From the NCBI GenBank assembly GCA_947625155.1, contig CANQNG010000001.1, positions 39,148 to 103,147 on the forward strand: DNA of 64,000 nucleotides, read 5' to 3'. Source of the stretch: an uncultured Clostridia bacterium (lineage in GTDB: Bacteria > Bacillota > Clostridia > Oscillospirales > Ruminococcaceae). Below are positions 36,312 through 45,119 of this stretch, piece by piece. How positions within the stretch are numbered: position 1 is the stretch's first letter; each line of letters begins with the position of its first letter. The position numbers were made by a program, and so were the translations under genes. The notes under the pieces were generated by a model. That model was not told where the DNA came from. It did not search any database and was given only the letters and a program-made list of their open reading frames with translations.

Positions 36312-37077
36312 CATGGCGCTGGCGGAACGGGGGCTTTGCCGCAGCCGTTCTCAGGCAAAGCAGCGCATTACAGCCGGAGAAGTCCTCTGCAACGGCAAGC
36401 CGCTGTGTAAGCCTTCGGACATGGTGGAGGACACGGATGAACTGACTGTCACCGGAACGCATTTTGTCGGTAGGGGAGGACAGAAATTAGCCGGAGCGCT
36501 TGCTGTTTTCCCGGTCACGCCGGCAGGGAAGATCTGCATGGATGTGGGGGCTTCTACGGGCGGATTTACAGATTGTATGCTGCGCAGCGGTGCGGTAAAG
36601 GTCTATGCGGTCGATGTGGGACATGGTCAGCTGGAGGCATCCCTGCGGGGAGATGCACGGGTCGTGGATCTGGAGGGGACGGACATCCGGCGGCTGGAGC
36701 GTTTGCCGGATATGCCTGCGTTCTGCGGCATCGATGTATCCTTTATTTCCCTGAAACTGGTGCTGCCGGCGGTGTACAAGCTGCTGGCGGAACAGGCAGA
36801 CTGCATCGCACTCATCAAGCCGCAGTTTGAGGCAGGGCGGGCACATATCGGCAAGGGCGGCATCGTGCGTTCGGCAAGGGTCCACGTGCAGGTGCTTGGG
36901 GAAGTGCTGCGATCTGCGCAGGAAATGGGCTTTTCCGTGGAGGGGGTCTGCGTTTCCCCGATCCGGGGCGGGGACGGTAATACGGAATATCTGACATGTC
37001 TGCAAAAAAGTCCCGGCTGCCGGAAGCCCCTACCCGATCTGAAAACACTCACGGAAATGGCTGGTCTCAGGAGGTAG
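36295..37077 (+). CDS. tlyA: TlyA family rRNA 2'-O-methyltransferase (S4 + FtsJ domains)
   Basis: S4-like N-terminus (RADMALAERGLCRSRSQAKQRITAGEVLCNG) and SAM motif MDVGASTGGFTDCML. The start is either ATG 36295 (overlaps the dxs end by 17 nt and keeps the conserved R-x-D) or ATG 36313. Confidence 0.85.
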   Translation: MAQRADMALAERGLCRSRSQAKQRITAGEVLCNGKPLCKPSDMVEDTDELTVTGTHFVGRGGQKLAGALAVFPVTPAGKICMDVGASTGGFTDCMLRSGAVKVYAVDVGHGQLEASLRGDARVVDLEGTDIRRLERLPDMPAFCGIDVSFISLKLVLPAVYKLLAEQADCIALIKPQFEAGRAHIGKGGIVRSARVHVQVLGEVLRSAQEMGFSVEGVCVSPIRGGDGNTEYLTCLQKSPGCRKPLPDLKTLTEMAGLRR

Positions 37078-37080
37078 AAC

Positions 37081-37989
37081 ATGCTCAGGTTTGTGATCTA
37101 TCCGAATTTTCAGAAAAAAAATGCGCTTTCCTGTGTCCGGGAGGTATGCGGCAGGCTGCATCGGCTTGGCGGAGATGTCTGGCTCGATGAACGCTGCCGG
37201 GCAGCGCTGGCGGGCATCCCTTTTGTACACTACGGCGTATTCCGGGAGCTTACAGAACGGGCAGATATTGTCATTGCCATCGGCGGGGACGGGACGATCT
37301 TGCGCTGTGCCAAGAAAATGCTCCCGTCAAGCGCTGTGCTGCTCGGCATCAACACGGGGCATCTTGGCTTTATGGCTGGATTGGAAACGGAAGATCTGGA
37401 CGAGCTGGGCAGGCTGTTCCGGGGAGAATATTTTCTGTCGCAGCGGATGCTGATCGAGGGCAGGCTCACGGGCGGAGAACAGACGGTGTGCTTTACGGCG
37501 CTCAATGATATTGCCGTCTCGGGGATGTGCGGAAAGGTGTTCGATCTTTCTGTGCGGGCAGATCAGAAACTGATCGGGCGCTACCGGGCGGACGGTATGG
37601 TCTGCTCTACGCCGACGGGTTCGACTGCCTATGCGCTTTCGGCAGGCGGACCATTGCTCGAACCGGAGCTTTCCTGTATTGAGATCGCCCTGATCTGTCC
37701 GCATTCTCTGTTCAACCGTCCGGTGCTTCTCTCCAGTGACAGGCATATCACCGTGACACATACCGCTGAGGCAGCCAAACAGATCTGCCTGAGTGCGGAC
37801 GGCGAACCGCCGGTCGCTTTTCCGGCGGGATATGAGCTGGAGATCTGCCGTTCAAGGCACATGGTCAGTCTGGTCAGCCTGACGAGCGGCAGTTTTTACG
37901 ATGCCATCAACCGGAAACTGATGCAGTCTATCAAAGGATTTTCCGAGGAAGTGCAGGAGGGATACCATGAAACAGGCAAGACAGAATGA
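37081..37989 (+). CDS. nadK: NAD kinase
   Basis: 302 aa. GGDGTIL motif, NDIAV, and STPTGSTAYALSAGGP motif. Confidence 0.92.
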   Translation: MLRFVIYPNFQKKNALSCVREVCGRLHRLGGDVWLDERCRAALAGIPFVHYGVFRELTERADIVIAIGGDGTILRCAKKMLPSSAVLLGINTGHLGFMAGLETEDLDELGRLFRGEYFLSQRMLIEGRLTGGEQTVCFTALNDIAVSGMCGKVFDLSVRADQKLIGRYRADGMVCSTPTGSTAYALSAGGPLLEPELSCIEIALICPHSLFNRPVLLSSDRHITVTHTAEAAKQICLSADGEPPVAFPAGYELEICRSRHMVSLVSLTSGSFYDAINRKLMQSIKGFSEEVQEGYHETGKTE

Positions 37990-38404
37990 GATCATAGCGC
38001 TTGTGCGGCAGCAGCCTGTCGGCAATCAGGATGAACTGATGCTGCTGCTGAAAGAAAAGGGCTTCCCGGTGACACAGGCGACCATTTCGAGGGATATCCG
38101 GGAGCTGAAACTTGTCAAGCGTGCCGATGCGGACGGAAATTACAGCTACTGTCTGCCGGAACTGCCTGCACAGGAGGAAATGCTGATCGGCAACATTCTT
38201 TCGGTCGATCATGCGGGCAATACGGCTGTCATCAAATGCCGCCCCGGCACGGCACAGGCAGTCTGCACGGTGCTGGACAATATGCTCCGCCCGGAGATCG
38301 TGGGAACGCTGGCGGGGGATGATACCATTTTCGTGCTGGTGCGCACGGGCAGACAGGCAGAGAATTTCACGGCGGAGCTGAAACTGAAGCTCCGGAATGG
38401 GTGA
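37967..38404 (+). CDS. argR: Arginine repressor
   Basis: 145 aa. Winged-helix N-terminus (QNEIIALVRQQPVGNQDELMLLLKEKGFPVTQATISRDIRELKLVK) and C-terminal GTLAGDDTIFV motif. Confidence 0.93.
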   Translation: MKQARQNEIIALVRQQPVGNQDELMLLLKEKGFPVTQATISRDIRELKLVKRADADGNYSYCLPELPAQEEMLIGNILSVDHAGNTAVIKCRPGTAQAVCTVLDNMLRPEIVGTLAGDDTIFVLVRTGRQAENFTAELKLKLRNG

Positions 38405-38408
38405 GAGC

Positions 38409-40064
38409 ATGTTAGAAGAATTATACATCGAAAATTTGGCAGTCATTGAACAGGCACAGATCGCTTTCGGGGCTGCGTTCCATGTGTTTACCGGTGAGAC
38501 TGGTGCGGGTAAATCTATTCTGATCCATGGCATCCAAGCAGTGCTGGGGCAGCGTGTCTCAAGGGACTGGGTGCGCACGGGCTGCGACAGGGCACAGGTC
38601 ACGGCGCTGTTCACCGGACTTCCGGCGGGTGTGCTGCAGCTCCTGCGGGAAATGGACATTGCCTGCGATGAGGGGCAGATCACCTTATCCCGTGAGATCC
38701 GGGCAGACGGCGGCAGCATTGGCAGGATCAATGGAAAGACCGCTTCGGTCACGGCTTTGCGTGAGATCGGTACGCTGCTGATCTCCATTCATGGGCAGCA
38801 TGATAATCAGATCCTGCTTGCGCCGGAGCAGCATCTGGCGGTGCTGGATGCGTTCGGGGGGGATACCTCGTACCTAGAAGCCTATCAGCAGGCGTTCCGG
38901 GAGCTGCAAAGCACGGCTCGGGAGCTTGGCAGGCTGAAAAAAGAGGAGCAGCAGCGCCGGCAGCGCTCTGTTCTGCTGAAAAAACAGATCGAGGTGATCG
39001 GTGCGCTCGATCCCCGTGAGGGGGAGGAGGATGAACTGGAAAATGCCTTGATGCAGGCAGAAAATGCCGAGCATATCCTCTCTTCCCTGAATGGTGCGGC
39101 AGGCATGCTTGCCGGGGAGGAAGGCATCGTTGACCAGATCGAGGGGGCAGTCTCGCTGCTGCGGGAGATCGAGGATGTTTGTCAGACGGACGAGCTGACG
39201 GAGCGCCTGAAAGCGGCAGAGATCGAACTCAAGGACATCGCCGAGGAACTGACAGGCATGGCGGACGATGTGAACCTTGACGAGCAGCGTGCCGAGAAGC
39301 TGCGTGACCGCTATCATGCCATTTCTGCAGTGAAAAAGCAGTTTTTCTGTGACTTTGACGAACTGATCCGGATGTATGCAGATGCAAAGGCAGAGATGGA
39401 GACCATGCAGAGCGATATGAGCCGGATCCATGCGCTGGAGGAAAGAAAGGCAATGCTGCTTGCGGATGTGACCGAAAAGGCAAATGCACTCTCCGACTAC
39501 CGGGAGACAACGGGCAGACGGTTTGTGGAACGGGTCACGGAGGAGCTGCGGTTTTTGGACATGCCGGATGTGGTGCTGACCGTGCAGCATGAAAAGGGGA
39601 AGCTGACCATTCAGGGGCGGGACAGTGTTGTGTTCCTGATCTCTGCCAACAAGGGCGAAGCACCGAAGCCGATCGCAAAGATCGCATCCGGCGGTGAGCT
39701 TTCGAGGATCATGCTGGCGCTCAAGTCCGTCATTGCGGACAGGGACAGCATCCCGACGCTGATCTTCGACGAGATCGATACTGGTGTCAGCGGCAGAGCT
39801 GCCCAGAAGATCGGCATCAAGCTCCGGGAACTGAGCCGCAGCCGTCAGGTGCTGTGCGTAACGCATCTGTCACAGATCGCTGTCATGGCGGATACGCATT
39901 TCATGATCGAGAAGCACGAGGAAAATGCCCGCACTGTCACACAGGTGCATCTGCTGGATCTTGAGGGGCGTGTGGCGGAGATCGCCCGCATCATGGGCGG
40001 CGATGATCCGAGCGAACTCATGCGGGAGAATGCCCGGGAGGAGCTGCGGAAAGTTGGCATGTGA
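38409..40064 (+). CDS. recN: DNA repair protein RecN
   Basis: MLEELYIENLAVIEQAQIAF..., Walker A FTGETGAGKSI, a long coiled coil, signature ASGGELSRIMLALK, and Walker B LIFDEIDTGVSG. The ORF begins at 38397 and I prefer the ATG at 38409. Confidence 0.93.
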   Translation: MLEELYIENLAVIEQAQIAFGAAFHVFTGETGAGKSILIHGIQAVLGQRVSRDWVRTGCDRAQVTALFTGLPAGVLQLLREMDIACDEGQITLSREIRADGGSIGRINGKTASVTALREIGTLLISIHGQHDNQILLAPEQHLAVLDAFGGDTSYLEAYQQAFRELQSTARELGRLKKEEQQRRQRSVLLKKQIEVIGALDPREGEEDELENALMQAENAEHILSSLNGAAGMLAGEEGIVDQIEGAVSLLREIEDVCQTDELTERLKAAEIELKDIAEELTGMADDVNLDEQRAEKLRDRYHAISAVKKQFFCDFDELIRMYADAKAEMETMQSDMSRIHALEERKAMLLADVTEKANALSDYRETTGRRFVERVTEELRFLDMPDVVLTVQHEKGKLTIQGRDSVVFLISANKGEAPKPIAKIASGGELSRIMLALKSVIADRDSIPTLIFDEIDTGVSGRAAQKIGIKLRELSRSRQVLCVTHLSQIAVMADTHFMIEKHEENARTVTQVHLLDLEGRVAEIARIMGGDDPSELMRENAREELRKVGM

Positions 40065-40138
40065 CGCATTTTTACAACATAGAAAAAGCCCTGCCGGATC
40101 AGCCGGAGCAGGGTATCAGATAGAAAAGAGGAATTCAT

Positions 40139-41623
40139 ATGGACAACCGTACCATGATGCAGTATTTTGAATGGTATCTGCCGGATAATAGCTTGCTCTG
40201 GAACAGGGCAGCGGCACAGGCAAAGGCATTGCGGGAAGCAGGCATCTCGATGGTCTGGCTGCCGCCTGCCTATAAGGGGGCTTCCGGTGCAGAGAGCGTG
40301 GGGTATGATGTCTACGATCTGTATGACTTAGGGGAATTTGATCAGAAAGGCTCTGTGCGCACCAAATACGGTACCCGTGAGGAATATCTGACGGCGGTCA
40401 GGGCATTGCAGGAGCAGGGGATCTCCGTGCTGTGCGATGTGGTGCTGAATCACCGGATGGGTGCGGATGGCACAGAAGAGGTCGTGGTCGAGGAAGAACA
40501 GGCAAACGACCGGGATCAGGACATTGGCGGGAAACAGACGATCGTAGCTTGGACAAAATTTGATTTTCCGGGGCGGGCGGATGCCTATTCTGCATTCCAC
40601 TGGCATGCGGCGCATTTCAGCGGAGCAGACTGGGACGAGCGCAGCCGCCGGAACGGGATCTTCCGGTTTGACGGAAAGCATTGGAACGGGGAGACCGACA
40701 ATGAGAACGGGAATTATGATTACCTGATGGGGGTCGATCTGGACACAGATCATCCTGAAGTCATACAGGAAATGCAGGATTGGGGAAAATGGTATCTTGA
40801 CACGGTCAAGCCGGACGGACTGCGGCTGGATGCGGTCAAGCATATCGGGTTTGACCGCTACCGGCAGTGGATAGAAGCCATGCGTGCGCATGCCGGGGAA
40901 AAGGGACAGGATGATCTCTTCATTGTCGGTGAATACTGGAGCAACGAACTGGGAAAGCTGACACATTATCTGGATGTGACACAGCATGCGCTGGCGCTGT
41001 TTGATGTGCCGCTGCATTTTCATTTTTTGCAGGCAGCGACCTCGAATGGAAATTACGATATGCGGCAGTTGTTTGAGGGAACGTTCACCGGAACAGAGCC
41101 TGCTTACGCAGTGCCGTTTGTGGACAACCATGACACACAGCCGGGACAGGCACTGCAGTCGTTCATTCCGGCATGGTTCAAGCCGATCGCCTATGCGGTC
41201 ATTTTGTTGCGGGATGTGGGAACGCCGTGTGTATTCTACGGGGACTATTATGGCATTCCCCATGACGGTATCGCAGCCGTGCAGGGGCTGCGGACACTGC
41301 TGCAGGTGCGTAAGTCGTATGCCTACGGGACGGAGCATCTGTATTTTGACGATGCCTCTGTGGTCGGATTTACACGGGAAGGGGATGCGGAGCATGAACA
41401 TTCCGGTATAGCGGTACTCTTGAGCGACAGTGTCGGCGGCACAAAGCGCATGTATGTCGGGACGGCGCTAGCAGGTGCCTGCATGGTGGATGTGATGGGC
41501 AGGCGCAGAGAGTGCATACAGATCAGCGAGGATGGCTTCGGGGAATTTGCCGTGGACGGCGGTTCGGTCTCCGTCTGGGTACGTTTGGAGGCGGCTGCGG
41601 CATTGTTTATCGGGGAGACCTGA
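40139..41623 (+). CDS. Cytoplasmic alpha-amylase (GH13, Bacillus licheniformis/E. coli AmyA-like)
   Basis: 494 aa with no signal peptide. TMMQYFEWYLP, DVVLNHR, GLRLDAVKHI, VGEYW and FVDNHD are the four GH13 conserved regions. Confidence 0.9.
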   Translation: MDNRTMMQYFEWYLPDNSLLWNRAAAQAKALREAGISMVWLPPAYKGASGAESVGYDVYDLYDLGEFDQKGSVRTKYGTREEYLTAVRALQEQGISVLCDVVLNHRMGADGTEEVVVEEEQANDRDQDIGGKQTIVAWTKFDFPGRADAYSAFHWHAAHFSGADWDERSRRNGIFRFDGKHWNGETDNENGNYDYLMGVDLDTDHPEVIQEMQDWGKWYLDTVKPDGLRLDAVKHIGFDRYRQWIEAMRAHAGEKGQDDLFIVGEYWSNELGKLTHYLDVTQHALALFDVPLHFHFLQAATSNGNYDMRQLFEGTFTGTEPAYAVPFVDNHDTQPGQALQSFIPAWFKPIAYAVILLRDVGTPCVFYGDYYGIPHDGIAAVQGLRTLLQVRKSYAYGTEHLYFDDASVVGFTREGDAEHEHSGIAVLLSDSVGGTKRMYVGTALAGACMVDVMGRRRECIQISEDGFGEFAVDGGSVSVWVRLEAAAALFIGET

Positions 41624-41641
41624 GGGGCGTTTCGGCGGCAA

Positions 41642-42763
41642 TTAAGTCAGCTGATGCAGGAATACAAGTTCGTCAGTACCGCCGGTCAGCACTGTGTGCA
41701 GGTCGGCGATCATCGCCGCAGCCCCGGTCGTCTGCTGAAACAGGTTTTTCCCCGTACACCAGACAGCTCCATTTTGCACCGCCCGGAGATCGGCTAACAC
41801 GGGATCCTTGGCAAGCAGTTCATCCATGGTCTGCAATTCGCTGTCAATGGCACTGTTGTAGATCAGCACATCCGCATCCTTTGCCAGTTCGTAGAAGCGT
41901 TCTCTTTGGATATTCATTGTAGAAAGGGCATTTTCCTCGACATGGAGAGCTTCTGCCGTGAAACAGTACTGCCCCCCCGCAAGCTCGATCATCCGTGAGA
42001 TGTAATCCCCCGGCTTATGTACCGTTACATACCCGTTTGCCGAGATCGAAAAGAACGCAACGGTTTTCCGTTCCTCTTCCGGCGGGAGACTGGCAGTGAG
42101 CGTTTCAAATATTTCCGCCTGTTCCGAAAAGAACTGCTCCGCCTCGTCTGCTTTTCCGACCAGCAGCCCATACAGCCGCACCCATTCCATTCGCCCGAGC
42201 GGGTGTGTTTCGTAGCTGGAGCGTTCCGTCAGCACCGGAATGCCAAGCTGTTCCAATTGCTCACGTGTTTCGGGGCTGTGGTAGATCATGGTCGATTCGA
42301 TCGCCAGCGGACAGCCGAGCAGCATTTCATAATCGGGCGCACTGTACTTGCCGACATACTGCATCGAGCCGTCCGCAAGTGCCTCCTGTACGGCAGGCAA
42401 GCTCCAGTTGGCTTCACTGGTGGAAGTCATCGTCACCTTGTCAAGCGCCCCTATCCCGTCAAACAGATCCACCGCTGAGGACGCTGCCACATACAGATCT
42501 CTTAACGGAAGCTGTAAAACAACGCAGTCACCCGTTTCTGCCGGGATCTCCGCCCCCTCCGGCACAAGCAGATAGTCTGACCCGTCCGCAATGGTGACCT
42601 CCGCATAGCCGCCCTCAAAATAGTCCACTGCAAATTGCTCTGCATACCGCAGCTCCATGCTGCCTGTCTGTTTGAGTGAGGCAAGTGTTTCCGGCTGTGC
42701 AGGGGACGCAGCGCAGCCTGTCAGGCAAAGGCAGCCAAGCACAGCCCATATCAGCCGCTTCAT
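41642..42763 (-). CDS. Lipoprotein, ABC-type substrate-binding protein of the BtuF/FhuD/FecB (cluster A-II) class
   Basis: 373 aa. Lipobox signal MKRLIWAVLGCLCLTGC. Two-lobe periplasmic-binding-protein pattern (DLYVAASSAVDLF..., ..DYEMLL, DVLIYNSAID). The start overlaps the upstream gene's stop (ATGA). Confidence 0.8.
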   Translation of the reverse strand: MKRLIWAVLGCLCLTGCAASPAQPETLASLKQTGSMELRYAEQFAVDYFEGGYAEVTIADGSDYLLVPEGAEIPAETGDCVVLQLPLRDLYVAASSAVDLFDGIGALDKVTMTSTSEANWSLPAVQEALADGSMQYVGKYSAPDYEMLLGCPLAIESTMIYHSPETREQLEQLGIPVLTERSSYETHPLGRMEWVRLYGLLVGKADEAEQFFSEQAEIFETLTASLPPEEERKTVAFFSISANGYVTVHKPGDYISRMIELAGGQYCFTAEALHVEENALSTMNIQRERFYELAKDADVLIYNSAIDSELQTMDELLAKDPVLADLRAVQNGAVWCTGKNLFQQTTGAAAMIADLHTVLTGGTDELVFLHQLT

Positions 42764-43629
42764 TGAATGGTGGAAGGATCGAATGTCAGGGTATATTCGA
42801 TCTCATAGGGTGTACTCATGGCAGTGGTATCCGCTGTGACGGGCATCGGATAGCCGAACCCGTTCACCGGAATGGTGAACACGGAGACTGGGTCAAGCGA
42901 GTCCGGCTCGAAGCGTTCGCCGTCTACGGTCATGTAGTCATAATTCGGACTGCCCCATACAATTTCCGCAAAGGCTTTCCCGTCCGTGACCGTGAGCTTT
43001 GCGGGTGACTGCACAGTCGCCCGCCCGGAACCGCCGCTGACAGTGACTGCAACGGTATATGTCCCGTCTGCAAGCCCCAGATCTTCTGCACTTGTGACAT
43101 ACCCTTCGGCAAATGCTTCTGCTGGCAGGGAGTCCGCCCGAAACAGGATCGTCCGGTCATACCAGAGTTCTTTTTTCTTGCTGTAGGCAGCAAGCGGAAT
43201 GCCCATATCCAGCCCCTCCACCGGAACGGTAAAGGTATGCACCCCGTCCTCCGTTTCCACAAAGGGGATGCGGTCACTTTCGTCAGCGTTTGCGGCTTCT
43301 TCAGCCGTACCGGGATACACGTAAAGATACCCCGTGCCGCTCATCGTGAGAACGGCAGACATCGTGCCGTTTTCTACTGTCAGCGTGCAGGCAGTGATCT
43401 GGAACATGGTCGAACTGGAATCCACCGTCACCTCGTAGCTGCCGTCTTTGAGAAGATCTGCATAGACGGGTGTCATGCCATCTTCCACCACCTCGACCGG
43501 CGGGGCAGTGGCAGGTTCGGTGACAGAGGCAGTCTCTGCATCCGTTTCGGCAGGGGAGTGGTTTTCAGCGGGCGCAGTACAGCCTGTCAGCAAAGCGGCG
43601 AGCAGCAGGGGGAAAACTATTTTTTTCAT
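42760..43629 (-). CDS. Lipoprotein with two tandem beta-rich domains of unknown function (possibly NEAT-like)
   Basis: Trimmed from ORF 42760..43821 to the ATG at 43629, which follows GAGGAG. Lipobox MKKIVFPLLLAALLTGC and an acidic/Pro/Thr linker. Two homologous domains of about 105 aa follow (DGSYEVTVDSSS...LTVENGTMSAVL... and DGTYTVAVTVSG...LTVTDGKAFAEIV...). Confidence 0.7.
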   Translation of the reverse strand: MKKIVFPLLLAALLTGCTAPAENHSPAETDAETASVTEPATAPPVEVVEDGMTPVYADLLKDGSYEVTVDSSSTMFQITACTLTVENGTMSAVLTMSGTGYLYVYPGTAEEAANADESDRIPFVETEDGVHTFTVPVEGLDMGIPLAAYSKKKELWYDRTILFRADSLPAEAFAEGYVTSAEDLGLADGTYTVAVTVSGGSGRATVQSPAKLTVTDGKAFAEIVWGSPNYDYMTVDGERFEPDSLDPVSVFTIPVNGFGYPMPVTADTTAMSTPYEIEYTLTFDPSTIQ

Positions 43630-43694
43630 AGACAATCTCCTCTTGGATAAGAATTGTGGAAAAGGCGGCAGGGAGTTCCTTGCCGCCTTTCGCC

Positions 43695-44741
43695 TCAGTG
43701 CAGGGAATCTATGGCTGCCTGTGTATGTTCCGTGTAAAGCGTGCGGATGTCCTCGTTTTCCCCAAGTCCCCGCAGCAGGCACTCGACCTCGTAGCCCTCG
43801 TTGGCAAAGACGGTTTTCCACGAATCGGCTTCATCGCCTGCCATGTCATTGTTGGCATGGTCTCCGGCAACGACCATCAATGGCTCGAGCACGACACGCT
43901 TGTGATCTCCGGCATTCACGGCAGCAAGCACATCCTCCAGTGATGGCTCTGCTTCGACCGTGCCGATAAAATAATTTGTCTTTCCGGCATCTGTCAGCAT
44001 TTCCTGCATTTTTGCATAAACGCCGTTGGAGTCCGCTTCAGTGCCGTGTCCCATGAATACGATCGCCGTTTCGCCGTCATCGTAGTCAGCCGTCCAATCC
44101 GTGATCGCTGTGATCACCCGGTCAAAGTCATCCTCACTTGACAGCAGCGGTTCTCCGATCGCCACGTGTTCAAAAGCATCCGCATACTGTGCCACTTCTG
44201 CAGTCAGGTCATGGTATTCCAGACCGTTCATCAGGTGCGTAGGCTGTACGATCAGCGTTTTCACGCCATTGTCTACTGCCCGATCCAAGGCAGCTTGCAC
44301 ATCATCGATCAGGATGCCGTCCCGCTGCTGCACGTGGTCAATGATGATATTGGATGTAAAACCCCGGCGGACAGCATAGTCCGGGAATGCAGTCTCTATG
44401 GCATCTTCAATTGCCCCGATCGTCAGGCGGCGGCTGTCATTGAAACTTGTCCCGAAACTGATGACCAGAATTTCTTTCTCGCCGATCTCATCCTGATTGC
44501 GCACATTGTCCAGTGCAGCGTCTCCGGTGTTGTAGTTTTCCGCATCGTCTGCTTCGGGGGCAGAAGTTTCCGGTTCGGTGGGTGCTTCTGTTTCCGGTTC
44601 GGTGGGTGCTGCGGTCTCCGATTCCGTGGCAGCAGCAGTTTCCTCCGGGACAGAGCTGGAAGAAGTACTCGTTTCCGTGCTGCATCCGGTCAGCATGGCA
44701 GCCACACCCAGACACAGCAGGAGCTGTAATGTTTTCTTCAT
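43695..44741 (-). CDS. Exported (lipoprotein) CbiK-type sirohydrochlorin cobaltochelatase homologue
   Basis: Trimmed from ORF 43695..44999 to the ATG at 44741, which follows AAAGGA. Lipobox MKKTLQLLLCLGVAAMLTGC and a TEAPTEPE-type linker. The CbiK-fold core follows, with motifs ILVISFGTS, FMGHGTEA and VVAGDHANNDMAGDE..SWK. Confidence 0.8.
   Translation of the reverse strand: MKKTLQLLLCLGVAAMLTGCSTETSTSSSSVPEETAAATESETAAPTEPETEAPTEPETSAPEADDAENYNTGDAALDNVRNQDEIGEKEILVISFGTSFNDSRRLTIGAIEDAIETAFPDYAVRRGFTSNIIIDHVQQRDGILIDDVQAALDRAVDNGVKTLIVQPTHLMNGLEYHDLTAEVAQYADAFEHVAIGEPLLSSEDDFDRVITAITDWTADYDDGETAIVFMGHGTEADSNGVYAKMQEMLTDAGKTNYFIGTVEAEPSLEDVLAAVNAGDHKRVVLEPLMVVAGDHANNDMAGDEADSWKTVFANEGYEVECLLRGLGENEDIRTLYTEHTQAAIDSLH
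44566..44610 (-). repeat. Tandem 24-nt coding repeat (linker TEAPTEPE x2) inside the CbiK-like gene
   Basis: GTTTCCGGTTCGGTGGGTGCT occurs exactly at 44566-44586 and 44590-44610 (plus strand), giving a 24-nt period. It encodes the Pro/Thr/Glu linker. Confidence 0.8.
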
Positions 44742-44784
44742 GGAAAAATCATCCTTTCTGTAAGAGAAAGGTATTCCCGTCTGC

Positions 44785-44814
44785 AAAAAATGCTTCCTGC
44801 CGAAGCAGAAAGCA
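44785..44814 (-). terminator. Riboswitch expression platform: intrinsic terminator upstream of the CbiK-like gene
   Basis: On the minus strand: TGCTTTCTGC-TTCG-GCAGGAAGCA (10-bp stem with one G-U pair) followed by TTTTTT. It lies between the aptamer and the RBS. Confidence 0.75.
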
Positions 44815-44889
44815 CCGCAAACAGACTCTGCTTTCACAGAGCCTGCAACAGTACGATCAATACCTCGTGATCTGAGACTGCATGGCAGT

Positions 44890-45055
44890 CTCTGTACCCA
44901 TAAACGGCAGGTTTCCTGACTTGTGCATCTGCACGGCATACTTACCTTCCCGGTTAAAACCAGTGGCGCTGCAAGGCAGCACAGTATGACGCTCCGCATT
45001 CACAGTGACGAGATCGTACGACATTTGCAGTCGTTTCCCTTTTACCCTCCGCATG
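44890..45055 (-). promoter_or_regulatory. Cobalamin (B12) riboswitch aptamer
   Basis: The minus strand reads GGAGGGTAAAAGGGAAACGAC...GTCGT...CGTCACTGTG...AGCGCCACTGGTTTTAACCGGGAAGGTAAG...AAGTCAGGAAACCTGCCGTTTATGGG. The hallmark elements AGGGAA, CACTGT, the B12 box GCCACTG, GGGAAGG and AGTCAGGAAACCTGCC appear in the canonical order. Confidence 0.88.
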
Positions 45056-45119
45056 ACAAAGCACCGGAGGCACCGTTTACGTTGAAATATGCAATTATCC
45101 TATACCGGTATATACTGCT

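Noticed and set aside
40089-40113. Hairpin CCCTGC...GCAGGG after recN as an intrinsic terminator.
   Set aside because: No U tract follows it, and the amylase RBS comes shortly after. It may still be a weak or Rho-assisted stop, but the evidence is insufficient to list it as a feature.
40139-41623. The alpha-amylase as a secreted or dockerin-borne (amylosome) enzyme related to the nearby dockerin protein.
   Set aside because: It has no signal peptide and no dockerin segment. The N-terminus starts directly with the catalytic domain (MMQYFEWY), as in cytoplasmic AmyA-type enzymes.
44566-44610. A short tandem direct repeat considered as a possible CRISPR or other non-coding repeat.
   Set aside because: There are only two copies with a 24-nt period. 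They lie inside a coding region and are in frame, encoding a repeated TEAPTEPE linker. There are no spacers and no cas genes anywhere in the window.
44742-44999. 5' extension of the CbiK-like ORF (MRSVILCC...) that would add 86 residues.
   Set aside because: The extension runs straight through the cobalamin riboswitch and its terminator. The internal ATG at 44741 has an RBS and begins a textbook lipoprotein signal peptide.
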